A DNA stretch of 63,965 nucleotides, filler included, from Psammoneis japonica (lineage: Eukaryota), in NCBI GenBank assembly GCA_008632985.1. It is 4 parts of 4 records of this genome, joined end to end, with 100 filler letters (N's around TTAATTAATTAA, not from the genome) between each part and the next. Parts side by side here need not be neighbours in the genome. Positions count along the whole stretch, not along the records: positions 1 to 29,857 come from QPGO01000387.1; 3 more parts are not named here. One strand, given 5' to 3'. Both the position numbers and the translations under genes were made by a program. Shown here piece after piece: positions 11,033 through 24,216 of this stretch; positions within the stretch are counted from its first letter, which is position 1, and each line of letters starts with the position of its first letter. The notes below the pieces were generated by a model, which had not been told where the DNA came from, ran no database searches, and saw only the letters and a program-made list of their open reading frames with translations.

Positions 11033-14000
11033 ATGCTTGGTGACATCATCGCCGGCATAGAAGCGGCTTTCAACTTGTGCGCCGTGATTTACAAGAGCTA
11101 TGAAACGGTAAAGATCATGCCGGATTTGGCCAAGACCCTCAAGGACCGCGTACAAATATTCAAACCGCGACTCGAGAAACTCGTTAGGGAATGCCAGGCA
11201 TCAGGCACATCACAGAAGGTAATTCCGCTTTTGCATATTCAAAGCTTGAACACGGTGTTGGGTGACATTCAAAAGTACATGAAGAAGCTTCAGGATGACT
11301 CTAAACTACGAAAGTTGAAGAATCGGGTGTTTTATCAGAGTCTCCTGGATGAATATGAAGAGCTCAACACCAAGCTCAATCGTTGTCGGGATGATCTTAA
11401 ATTTGACTTTGAGTTTGATGTCGATGCCGAGAGAAAAGCGTTTGAGAATGAAACGAAAGGTCTCCTACAGTGTCTTATTGATCATCAGGGTCAAGAGCAC
11501 CGTATTCTGCGCGAGATGCTTTCTGAAGTCCTCAGGTTCATCAAGGGTCACAAAGCGCTAAATCTCAATGAACAAAACAGTCCTGCTATTGTGACCGCTT
11601 CTGCATTTATGGACAATAGTGACTCTGCAACTCTACGAGCTATCATTGATGAGCAGAGTGCCATTGAATATGAACTCCCGCCATCGGAGGTCGTTTTAGA
11701 AGATATCGAGCTTGGAGCAGGCACCTTTGGTGTCGTATACAAGGCAACATACAATAATCAAGATGTTGCCATCAAGAAGCCTCATCGTCGAGAATCGGAT
11801 GTTTTGGCGGAACTCATGAACCAAGAAAGATGCAGCGGCTCGCCTTTTGTTGCCCTTATACACGGCTTTGTTTATGTCAATGAGATTCGGTCTATTGTTA
11901 TGGAGTTCATGCCATGTGGTACTCTAGGAGGTCTACTACGCCACGCAATGGGAAGGGATGGGATTGTGTCCATCAGCAAGGACCAGCAAAGTCTCGAGGC
12001 CACACTAGCTGCGTACACAGTAATTCAGCTCTTTCACAAGGTTAGTGAGGGAATGCGATTCATCAGTCAACGTAATGTGATACACCGCGACCTCAAGCCG
12101 GAGAATATTCTTCTAAGTCAAACTCTTGACCCCAAGATTGGGGATTTTGGGTCTGCTCGAGAGCTCGCAAACAGCGCGACTCACCTTTCGGGATCCGCTG
12201 CTGGATCTGTATACTATATGGCTCCGGAAGTATTGACGGTCCTTAAAGCTGACAAAGGACAATACTCCTATCCTGCCGACCAGTACAGTTTTGGAATGAT
12301 CATGGTTAAATGCTGCCATGGTCTGTTTGGTCAGCAGTCTCGTGTGGACCGGCACGACGAGGACGCGCCTCTTCCAGAGATTCCTCTTCCTGATGCGTTC
12401 CCTTCTTCGGTAACAGATATCAAGAACAATTGCATTGCTTCAGACCCATTGATGCGCTATGGTCGTGGCACCGCTTCAGAATCACTTCTATCAGAAGCGT
12501 TCGAGAAGGTACTGCAGCAATTGGATAGCTCTGTCTCTTATCCAAAGATTGATGGGTATTATGGTGACGACGTTGCAGAGGTGGCAAATATTGCTCGGAT
12601 CGCTTTTGAGAGTAAGACGCATCGTGGGGTATCTGGCATTATAACTTCGTCCTCATCGCTGATCCCAACACCCGGCATGGAGAAGAAGCCATTGAAGGAC
12701 GGAGAGCCGAGCTACTCCACCGCGTCCTTGTCACATTCGTCTACATCCGCGAAAGAACCGGTTCCTCGTGCAAGGAAGGAGAAGAAAAAGAAGAAACCGA
12801 CTGCTGATCTCCGAGTTCAAAAAGAGCAAAGTGCATCGTCTCGCAGAAAAAAGCGTCCTGATCTCCGAGTTCAAAAAGAGCAAAGTGCATCGTCTCGCAG
12901 GAAAAAGCGTCCAACTCGTTCCGGCAGCTCGAAAGAAAAAGGACAACCAGCGCAAACTGGATCATCAGCAATTGCTTCAAGTGGTCACAATGACAGTGCT
13001 GAAAGAGAACGGGGCGTTAAGGACGAGACGCAAAATACAAGCGAATATCATAGCCGCACCAGTCGGGAGAGGTCCGTCAACAGCACAGCCACAGCAAGCC
13101 TTGCGCTATCGGCTGCCGCGTATGTCGCGCCAGATGCTTTCACAGTGACGTCTGGAGACCAAGCTGCACAACCCGAAGAACCGGACAGAGATGACCGCGT
13201 CACAGTTACTTCAGATTCCAACAAAGTGATGGAGATGGATCCAGCACAAGTCGTAGAGGCGGTTCCTGCTACTTCTGATGGTGGTGGTGGCGGACAGAAT
13301 GAGAAAGCAAATGACACAACGCGAATTAGTGACGAGGATGAGAATGCTGAAGATGAGCTTCATCGCAAGTACCTTCGCAAACGATTCATTATTCCGGGCG
13401 TTGTATTGTTGGCGATTGCAGCGATTGTCAGTATTGTTGTTGCAGTAAAGCCGTGGGACACAGGTGGTGGAGGGAGCCCCACTTTCCCCCCTACTGTTTC
13501 CCCTACTGTTGCACCCGCCACAGAGACTACCGAACGAGCCACCGGTTTGGTCATGAGTTTGATTGGTATTGATACCGAGTTTGATGAAAATGATTCCGAG
13601 TTGTGGGCTACGGCAACCAAAGCATTCGTCGAGGATTATTACAACACTCGTCGTCGTCGTCGTGGCCTTGGCTATCTCCAGACCCCTCGTATATTACAAG
13701 TATCGAATATACAGAATGTCGAGACGTCTTTGGATGTTACTAACACCATTGTGGTTGAAGATGGCAATGGTGGAGAACCATCCCTTCGAGTCACATACAA
13801 CCAAGCTATCACGTATACTTTTGAAGACAGCAGCAACGAAAACATTTCCATGGATGCCATGGTGACCGAACCATTCAAGACGTCTGATAGTCGATCGGCC
13901 TACCAAAAAGACCTCCAGGCGGCGGGCACCAGTGCTGGAAGCAACATTTTTGACAATTTGATTGGCACTAGTGAAGTTTCAACCAGCACAGCTGCTCCGA

Positions 14001-15471
14001 CACCGTCACCTACAAATAGCATTCCAATTACGGAACTACCAACACAAGATCCCGCGTCGCCACCGTCGACTCCGGGTCCAACGACTCTCAATCCAACATC
14101 GTTGCCGACGACAAACCCTACTCCTCGTCCAACTCTCAATCCAACACCTCGTCCTACACTCAATCCAACGCCTCGTCCAACTCTCAATCCAACTCCACGC
14201 CCCACTCCATCACCAGCTCCAACAACACCCAATCCCACCAGTGGTGGTGGCAGCAGTAGTTTGCCGCCAAACGGTCCATGGAATCCCGTTGGACAAACTT
14301 TGCACGGCAAGGCTGCAGATGATTTTTTTGGCGATTCCGTGTCCTTGTCTCGTGATGGCAGGGTCATGGCTGTTGGAGCGGAGCAATCTTCTTCCAATCC
14401 CGGCTATGTTGTTGTGCAACGATACAATCCAAACACCCAACAATGGGAACAAATTGGCCAAGAATTGATTGGACAAGCCGGCGGTGACGAGTTTGGAGAG
14501 TCTGTTTCGTTAAATGGCGATGGCACGATTCTTGCAGTTGGAGCGGATGACAATGACAGTGGTGGAACAAATGCCGGTCACGTTCGTGTGTTTGAATACA
14601 ACTCGGCATCGGATCGTTGGGTCCAACTCGGCAGCGACATTCTTGGACAAGACGCTGGTGATTTGTTTGGTTTTCCGTGTCGCTTTCGGATGCGGGAGAC
14701 ATTCTTGCCGTGGGAGCGTTACGGTACGATGACACGGAAAATGGCTCTGGTTCCGGATCGGTTCGATTGTTTCAATACAACCGCGGCTCCTCATCCTGGA
14801 ACCAACTTGGACAAACACTCATTGGCCAAGCTGCTGATGATCGTTTTGGACGTTCCGTTTCCTTGAATGCGCAGGGAACCATTGTCGGCGTTGGAGCTGA
14901 TGGAAATGATTCGGGTGGAAACAGTGCTGGTCAAGTGTCGGTGTTTGAATACAATTCTGCCTCGTCAAAATGGGATTTGTTGGGCAATCCAATCAATGGC
15001 CAAGTCGTTAATGGTTGGTTTGGATTTTCGGTTTCTCTTGACGACAGCGGTTTGATCGTGGCCGCGGGTGCACCTGGAACAAGCAACGAGAGAGTTTTGG
15101 TTTATTCGTACAACCGCTTGACTTTGACATGGAAGTCAACGTGGCCAAACTCTCTTGACACAACAGCCTGGTGATGATTTTGGTTACTCAGTGTCGTTGA
15201 GTGGCAATGGAAATGTCTTGGCGTCGGAAGCATTGGCATGACGTCAATGGATGATCAATGCGGGTCAAGTTCGAATCTTTCAGCACGACAGCAATGCAGA
15301 CGAATGGAAGCAAGTTGGAGATCCTTTAAATGGCGAGGCTGAGGAAGATCGTTTTGGATTCCGTTTCCTTGTCGGCCGACGGAAGCGTCGTTGGAGTTGG
15401 TGCACATTTGGCTGACGTCAATGGCGACGAGTCCGGATCGGCGTATGCATTCACAGNTAAATGACAATTAG
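11033..15471 (+). CDS. Type-II membrane protein: MLKL/HeLo-like four-helix bundle + protein kinase + TM + Pro/Thr stalk + FG-GAP beta-propeller
   Basis: Kinase motifs intact: GAGTFG, VAIK, HRDLKPEN, DFG, YMAPE. Single TM after a basic cluster (RKRFIIPGVVLLAIAAIVSIVVAV), then PTPRPTLN repeats and FG-x-SV-SL...G..LAVGA repeats. The frame shifts near 14670 and again after 15130; stop TAG at 15469-15471 by comparison with 743-745. Confidence 0.85.
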
Positions 15472-18400
15472 AAAATGTATTTTGCGCTACATCCTCTTGT
15501 ATCAATCACACTGTATTTTTTGTAGTTTAGTTCTTTGGTAGACCGTACATTTGCGTCGTTTGGCTCGTGTCATTGTGTGCTGTTTTTCGCGTTTGTTCCA
15601 AAAATCAAAAAAGTCTGTCTGTCGTGCGATTCCGCTAGTCTATCACGAACCACACATCACACACACACACATCACACATCGGCTCGCGGTCTTGAACAAC
15701 CATGACGCTAATCAACAGCACTACGAATCATCATGTAACAACAACAACAACGATGTCATAACGTTTGGAGGATTATCCGCCTCGTGAGTAGAACACATCA
15801 ACAATGAGAGTTGTTTTGAACAAACTGTGTTGTTGTTGCATGAGTCGAATGCTGCCGCTTGTGAAAATCATTGACACGCTGCTGCTGCCACGCACGCTAC
15901 AATATTGTTGTTGTACATGTCTACGCACTCTCATACTCATCACTCCTTCTCTTTCACACACTCTCTCTCTCTCTCTCTTGACTACACGTAATGATTCACT
16001 TAAGTGTTGTCAAGACACACAAGTCCTTTGAGGGCTTGACTGCAGCTACCGGGGAGCATGCCCACAGAGTATGGAATCAGCAGCAGAGCCGGAACCAGTC
16101 AATCAAAAGTCAAACAACTGTCTCAGCAAGCACTCATAGGCATGGTGGAGCGAAGGTATTGTACGAGTATACTGGATGCAACCAACGAACGATTTCTGTG
16201 ATGCGGTTCACGGTCGCTTCTGTTCGGTTGTGCTGCTGGATGAACGCATTGTTGCTGCCACTGCTCCTCCTCCTCCAAAGGACAATAGCGAGTCGCTCGT
16301 GGCATGCGCAGCGAAAGCTCCTTTTTTGTTGGCTGTATCCTTGATGAATNNNNNNNNNNNNNNNNNNNNNNNNNNNNNNNNNNNNNNNNNNNNNNNNNNN
16401 NNNNNNNNNNNNNNNNNNNNNNNNNNNNNNNNNNNNNNNNNNNNNNNNNNNNNNNNNNNNNNNNNNNNNNNNNNNNNNNNNNNNNNNNNNNNNNNNNNNN
16501 NNNNNNNNNNNNNNNNNNNNNNNNNNNNNNNNNNNNNNNNNNNNNNNNNNNNNNNNNNNNNNNNNNNNNNNNNNNNNNNNNNNNNNNNNNNNNNNNNNNN
16601 NNNNNNNNNNNNNNNNNNNNNNNNNNNNNNNNNNNNNNNNNNNNNNNNNNNNNNNNNNNNNNNNNNNNNNNNNNNNNNNNNNNNNNNNNNNNNNNNNNNN
16701 NNNNNNNNNNNNNNNNNNNNNNNNNNNNNNNNNNNNNNNNNNNNNNNNNNNNNNNNNNNNNNNNNNNNNNNNNNNNNNNNNNNNNNNNNNNNNNNNNNNN
16801 NNNNNNNNNNNNNNNNNNNNNNNNNNNNNNNNNNNNNNNNNNNNNNNNNNNNNNNNNNNNNNNNNNCTGTACGAACTATATAACAACAATGACACGGATG
16901 ATTATGACTTTGGAAATGTCGATATCTTTGTTTCGACCATTCCATCGACACCCGTCAATATTAACGATGACAACGACAAGAAGGATGACGAAGAGTATTA
17001 GTAGTATCAACAATGGCACTAATAACAATGGCGCGGTGGTGGAAATATCATTTCATCCTATGGAGACTTGAAAGCACGATTTGCCGATAAACTCAACAAA
17101 AAAAAAGGGACCGCTTGGCTGCTTGTGGGATGTCTTTGTTCCTCCCTAATACTACTGCGAATAATAAGGACAAGGACAATGAAAACTACAATGACCTTGG
17201 AGATGCCGATAGAGGAAGGGGTTCCTTTGATACCACATGCGTGGCGGAATATAAAAATGTACAATTGCAAGAACGAAACTGAATCCTCGAGACGGTTGGG
17301 AAGCGATGGAGGATGAAGTCGTGAATCATGAGCGCTGCTCCGACTCGACTGTTGTTGCAAATAATATATTGTCGGCCTATACTGTGCAACCCGTCTGGAA
17401 GACACTCTCTGCTATGGGGTGTTTGTCTTGGAATCGGTAGAGCCTGAACCATGGTCTCTCAAAAATTCAAACTCCTGTCTCGGCAAACAATGCAGGCACG
17501 GTGGAGCAAGCGTACTGGATGCAACGAACGATTCGTGACGTGGTCTTGGAATTTCTGCGCTCTCTTCATTTCGCCAGATGCTTTTTTTGGATTTCCAAGA
17601 AACTCTCTAGACTGACTGCTCTCCACTCTCTAGCTGTAGCTCTAGAGATCCCTACATAAAGAGTAACACGTCCCCAGCTGCTAGTAGAGCCACTCTCTCA
17701 CATGACAGTACAACTTGCAAGAACGAAACTGAATCCTCGAGACGGTTGGGAAGCGATGGAGGATGAATTCATGAATCATGAGCGCTGCTCCGACTCGACT
17801 GTTGTTGCAAATGATATATTGTCGGCCTATACTCTGCAACCCGTCTGGAAGACACTCTCTGCATTGCTAAGGAGTAGTTGTCTTGGAGTCGGTAGAGGCT
17901 GAACCATGGTCTCTCAAAAATTCAAACTCCTGTCTCGGCAAACAATGCAGGCACGGTGGAGCAAGCGTACTGGATGCAACGAACGATTCGTGACGTGGTA
18001 TTGGAATTTCTGCGCTCTCTTCATTTCGCCAGATGCTTTTTTTGGATTTCCAAGAAACTCTCTAGACTGACTGCTCTCCACTCTCTAGCTGTAGCTCTAG
18101 AGATCCCTACATAAAGAGTAACACGTCCCCAGCTGCCAGTAGAGCCACTCTCTTGCACGACAGTACAATAGAGAGAGAGAGTGCTTTGGATTTTAAGAGA
18201 GATAATAGAGGACGCACACAGCATGCTATGCTAGCTAGCTGCTTTCCGTCCCAGCTTCGTGGCACCACGTGTAAAAATTAACCCCCCATTTTTAACCAAA
18301 TGCCCACCTCGATCGACTGGCAGTAACCAGATACGAAGTTCAGCACACTTTTGGGGGCCTAGAGAATGGGGGTGAACGTTAGTTACTAACTAACCAATCA

Positions 18401-18577
18401 CTGAATGCTGACTTTGCACTTGCCCGTGTGACAAAGGTGCACCACGAAAAGTTAGTTTTATTTTGAAATACCGAGATACCATGAACAACACATGCCCATT
18501 GCATTCTTGCAAGACATTGTTTTTTAAAGACTGGGAGACCGATGATGCTCATGTCTTGTGCACTTTGTAGCTCTGCT

Positions 18578-19552
18578 CTAGCTAGCTGGGGTCAAAGTCC
18601 AACTGTTTTTTTGGATCAACGATTCGATTCGAATGGGTCGAATTTCATTCCCGAGTCGTCGTGACTCGTTCATACGGTGCGTGTCTAGTGTTTTCCAATC
18701 AACCAGTTCATGCTTGTACCAGTCCGGGAATCCGTCATGTTGATGGGTGAAGTGGATTTCGCTGTCGCCATGAAACCTGCATGCGGCAACCGCGGCATTC
18801 ATGCCGGTTCCGCATCGCTTCCAGTCGCGGTGCCGCCACATGCCTGCAACTCTTTTTTTGTGGGAGCCTTGTTTGCCTGTAAAGCGCTGCTCAATCAGAG
18901 CTGTCATTGGACGTGCAACCGATTCGTTTGGGTTGCCGGGGCCGTGTGTGTCGTCACAGTGAATGTCCGCATACCGCGTAAGTCGGAGCTGATCGCCTCG
19001 CATCATGGTCTGGCTGCAGCTGGTCCGTGCCACCGCCAAGTTCTTCCAAGCTGCAGACTGAACAACGCAGTTCAAAATTTTGTCCTCAGCAATGCGAGAT
19101 AGAGCATCCGCAGGCAGCTTGTCGTGAGCTGATGCAAACTCAGTGAGCAAATTTTGGGTGCATCGCTCCTTGTGTGCCACCAGAGCGACGTCAACTGCCT
19201 CTGATCTCACAACGAATTTTGGATTGGGAGGTTTGTGCTCCTCCCAAGATGAACAATGCTGCAGTGACCAAATGACATGCTTGGCCGACTTTGGCGTGAC
19301 GTCTCTTTTTGACACTGCTTCCAAGAAGTGCCGGTCGACCTGGTCTCGCGTCAAGTGAGGCGGCCCCGACAGAGCCGGCGATTCGTCCACCCATCTTTTG
19401 CATGCACTCCACTCAGTGACAAAGTGCCATCCACCTTGGGTGGTGTGATGGTTTGGGCCAACAAGTCTCCCATGGAGACTAGAGACACCATCGTGTGGGT
19501 CTCTTCTTTGCATTGTGACAGCCTCGAGGGATCGTTTTTGGGGTGCACCCAC
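18578..19552 (-). mobile_element. Second copy of the Crypton/NDC10-II-like remnant
   Basis: 324-aa open frame with the same motifs as 3475-4400. Confidence 0.5.
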
Positions 19553-21412
19553 CTCACTGTCAAAAGAAAAGAGGTTTTTGAAATCAAACGCTCACTTGTG
19601 GCGGTCGACAAGTGGAGTCGTTTCGAAACATGTTGACATTCGAGTGGGAAGAAAGAACATTTCGACAAGTGGATTTTGTGTCATGCCCTGTTCTGAAGGT
19701 TCTTGTCTTCACCAACCACAGGCCTGTCCGGGGTCCGGGAACCGGTTCCAGGGGTGGTTCCGGCGCCGGCCTCCTGCGGGCAGGAACTGCTGAGGACTCC
19801 CCCCGGATGGCTCGGTCAACCCGTGATGTCAGGGGAAAGCGTGCCCCCCAATCAGCGGTGGTTGTTCCTGCCAACCGAGGTCGCGCGACCCGCCACTCGA
19901 GACTTGTGACTCAAAGTCACGAGCGCTCGTGCCATTGAGACGACTCTCTCTCTCTCTCTCTCTCTAGAGTGGCCAGTGGCCTGCTCTCGCTCTCTCTGGA
20001 GGCAGAGCCAAAGCAGAGAACAGAGAGCAGGTCCAGAGAGCAGAGGCCACTGCTGTTGTTGCCATGGTGACTGCTGTTGCCATCTCTGCTGCTGTTGTGG
20101 CTCTGCCTCCTCTGCCAGTTTGCTGCTCTGTCATTGCACGAGCACTCACGAGCCATCGCATCCATGCCAAGCTCATCTCATCACTGTGTTGCATTGGTGA
20201 CCACTCATTGCAGCTTTTCAAAGGCCACACTTGACAAAAACCAGAGCTGTGCACTTTGTGAAGAAATGCTGCAGATGTTTGGTTGGCCAGCTGCAGATCC
20301 GCAGCACACCAATGTGAAACATGATGCTGGTCAATTTCGGTTGACCCAGAGTTTTCAAACAAGCTGCCCATCACTTTTTTTTGCCTGGCTGCCCCCAACT
20401 CTGACTTTTCATTTTTGAGTCTCACTGCAGTTGCTGGGTTTGTTTTGCACGTGGCTCCTTCAGTGTTTTGCCAGTGCTTTGTCAAATCTTTCATGCCAGC
20501 CCTTGTTGGTGAGTTTCCTGCTTGAGCCTGGTTGGAGATCCGGGATTCCAGGAAACACAGCCTTGTGCACTTGCAGCAAAATGTCCAAATCTTGATTTGT
20601 TGTGCCATTTGCACATGCCTTCCAAGCAGTGTCACATCATCCACCCACGACTTCTTTGTTCTTGAATCTCAACCCACAAATTTGCCAGCATGTCTTGTTC
20701 TCTGATTTTTCACTTCAGCACAGCTCTCTCCAACTCAAAACACTTTGCTGAGCACATCACAGTTGCTCTGTTGGAAGTCTCAAAAGGTCCCCTGGTGCCA
20801 AACTGGTGCAGCATCTCTTGCTTGGGCAATGGCAGCCCAGAGCTGGTCTTCAGCCATCTCATCACACTCGGTCACCACTGCAAGTCCAATCTCTTTGGCC
20901 AAAACTTTCTCTTGCACCACCACCTTTTTGCACTTCAACACAGTGGGTGCCAGAAATCTGGCTGCTGGCGGGTGGTGTCGCGACAAAGCAAAAGGCATGC
21001 TCCAATGTTTTGTGCACAGAGCTTCTGTTGTGATGGTCCAAAAAATGACAAATGTTCAGACACCCATGACACCCTGTCAATGTCATCGTCAGCTCCCGCG
21101 GGTTTTTGACAAGTTCTCCGTGCAGTGTCAGTTGTCACTGCGGTGATGGTCTGTGCGCTAATCCGGAGCACATCACCTGCCATGCCAATTTCGAATGATT
21201 GCGGTTGATGATTCGTTCGATTCGAGTCCGGGTTCTGAGCTCACCGATCATGGATTTACCGCACTGGATGGAGCCGCGGCCGTCGCAAAACAACACCATG
21301 ATGCCTCTTTACCTCTCTTGTTGATACTACTGTAATTGCATTGTCATCATGGCTTCGTGGTATACAGAAACAACAATATTGTCGTCGCTGTTGTCTGCTG
21401 CTTACGTCATAA

Positions 21413-23922
21413 CAACACCGATGCCGTTCAAGCATACCGGTCAAGCCCGGAAGCTTTTTCCAATTTCTAACCTATCTCTACGCGGAACGCAAGTTTATTC
21501 TTGTCATCTTGATTCACTTTGTTTGTACCATGGTAATTTGGGGTGAGTAGAGTATATTGTATGATTGAGTTGTGTGTGTGTGTGTGTGATTTGCTATACT
21601 CATCTCAAACATACCGCCGCACCTCTATACCGTACTCCCTAACATAATACTACAGCACACTTCTTTGTGGTCAAGTTTCATCAACAAGAAAACAAAGTAC
21701 CCGAGGACGCAAATCGATATTGGTGGAAACGTCTCGCTCCGCCACTCGAGTTTGGAGCCATGCATGCCATTTTGTTTCAAATGGCATTCCTACCGCTCAC
21801 CATGGCTCGGCTCTCCATTGCGGCAGCCTCCAAAACATCTCTCAATACGTACTTTCCCTTCAACAAGAGTCAGCGCATTCATATTCATTTGGGATACGTC
21901 TTTGGGAGCATTGTTGTGATTGCCACGATTTTCTTTTTTGCCTTTTTTGGATTGCTTTGTTCCGATGGCGAACAAGCGTTTTGTGACAAGTTTACGTCGG
22001 AAATCATGATTACGGGGTACATTACCGTGGCCTTTGTCTTGATTATCCTCTCTACATCATTCTTTCGAGATTACATGCCATACGAAGTCTTTTATGGCAT
22101 TCATCATTTGGTATTTGCCATGTACCTGGTGGTCTTGTTGCATACGATCGATATCAACGTTCGAAAGGACGGACAGAATCGGAGTCAAACCTTCAAGTGG
22201 TTTTCGGCGACACTCTTGTACTACGTTTCGGACCGCCTTGCCATGCGGCTTAATCATCGCTACAAGACGCGTGTCCTTCAAGCCAAAATTGTCAAGAATA
22301 CAAAGTCGAGTATGATTTTGCTACAGCTCAGACGTCCGTCCTTGTTTCAATACGAACCGGGTCAGTACGCGCATCTTCGGTTTCCCGACATTGATTCGTA
22401 TTGGCATCCCTTTTCGATTGGAAGCAGTCCGGATTCCAACGTGTTGGAGTTTTATATTGAAGTCTATGACGACAAATCGTGGACGGGAAAACTCTGTCAA
22501 TTGTTGGGTAATGACGTTAGCCACGAGAATGTTCGTGTTCAAGTCACGGGCCCGTACGGAACACGCTTGGGTGATACTCATCGATACTCTCATGCCATGG
22601 CTATTGGCAGTGGTTCTGGTGTCGTTCCCATTTTGGGACTCTACAAAAAGCACATTTGTCAGCTACTCCGATTGGACCCACAAACATACTTTGAAGAACA
22701 AGCTCAAATGCATTCGCAACTCAAGCGTATGGAACGAGCGCGAGAACAAACACGTGGATCGTGGCTCAACTACTTTTTGCGGTGTTCACCTCAACCGACC
22801 CGACACGAAATGGGCGTCATTTCGGGAATCTTTGATTCGAGCGATGCCGAAACCAAGGACTTGCGAGAGGCGGCCAAGCGTGCGTCTTTACCGATTTATG
22901 GCGTCAATATATTGATGCAACTGGTTGTCTTGGGAGTAATCATGTTGGGATTGACCTTGTCGTGGAATACCATGCCGTTTGAACTCTACGACGGCATGCG
23001 AGAAGTGTTGATTGTTGGCTCGATTGTGTTTCAAGGCGCCTTTGCCGTTGTGTCGATTGGATACTGGGACCGCGGCTCGTTGCTGGCGTATGTTGATGTT
23101 TTGATTGTCATTGCTGGTGCCGTGGCCAATTGGTATTGGTTTGAGTACGACAAGTGGGCCAACTTTGAAGCGGCAGAGCATGTGTATTACATCTTGTTGT
23201 TTGGATACATGACGGCGCGGTTGTGGCATTCGGCCGTCAAGCCACGATACTGTTCATTGCGGAGCAGCTTGGAACGACAACACACGAGTTCAGCATTGGA
23301 CAAGCTGCACTTTGTTTGGATTACGCGTTCATCCACCAACGTTTTGAAGATTGCACCCACAATCATGCAAGAATGGAATGCGCTTGTTGCGGCGTGGGGA
23401 TTGGAGAATGCCGTCAAGGTGTGTCAGGTTTCTATTTACGTTACCGACAAGGACAAGGCCGCCGTGGGCTATCTCAAGCAGGAGTTGTCCAAGACGCCCC
23501 TTTACAAGCAAGGTGCATTCCATTATGAGCGTCCTGACATTTCCAAATTGTTGGAAGAGCATGCCATGGAACGCATTTATGATGAGAGTCGTCCCACCTC
23601 GTCTACCCTCTTGTGCTTTTGCGGATCTCCCAAGCTATCATCAGTGATAAGCAAAGCCAAGACCATTGTGGATATATCAACAATGATTACGGGAAACAAG
23701 TACCACCAAATGGATTTCGTTTCCGAGAGTTACAGTGCCTACACGAAGCGTCCGTCGTCGTCGAACAATAGCAACGCGGTAGTTGTCGCTGCCTCGGCAA
23801 AGACGCCACAGTACAGTGTCTTTATGGATTCACCCAGCTTTATGGAGAAGCAACATTCGGGAGATGAATTGGATACGACGGATACCTTTGAAGACAATGA
23901 GGACCACCTTATTTCCATTTGA
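21413..23922 (+). CDS. NADPH oxidase / ferric reductase, copy 2; intron 21543-21655
   Basis: The 751-aa frame matches copy 1 except for C->S, M->T and N->D. Confidence 0.85.
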
Positions 23923-24216
23923 GACTACAGAGGATCGTGGACGGCACGCAACTTTAGAATTGTTTTAGTTTACCTTGCGCATTTATAATTTATAACTACC
24001 TCAGCATACATTGATTGTCTTCAGCCTGTGATTCATAACTACCCCAGCATGCATTGATCGATTTCAGCTTTTGTGTGTTAGTCTTTTCAATTGAGAACTA
24101 GATGCATTTACAATGCCTCCAGTTCCATTTGAGATGTGCATCTGGCTTTTAGAGGCACATGCTGGGAAGCCATTTTGCTTCATTTTTCCTTGAGCAACTT
24201 CCACAAGAAGCTCGAA

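Larger units (their letters stand above)
746..15471. repeat. Unit 1 of a ~15-kb tandem segmental duplication
   Basis: All features recur at an offset of ~15.15 kb (6521 vs 21667; 11033 vs 26178). Bases 1-745 match the end of this unit, so there are at least 3 units. Confidence 0.9.

Noticed and set aside
12800..12915. 54-bp duplication (DLRVQKEQSASSRRKKRP x2) in the kinase linker
   Set aside because: It is real but is an ordinary slippage duplication in a disordered region.
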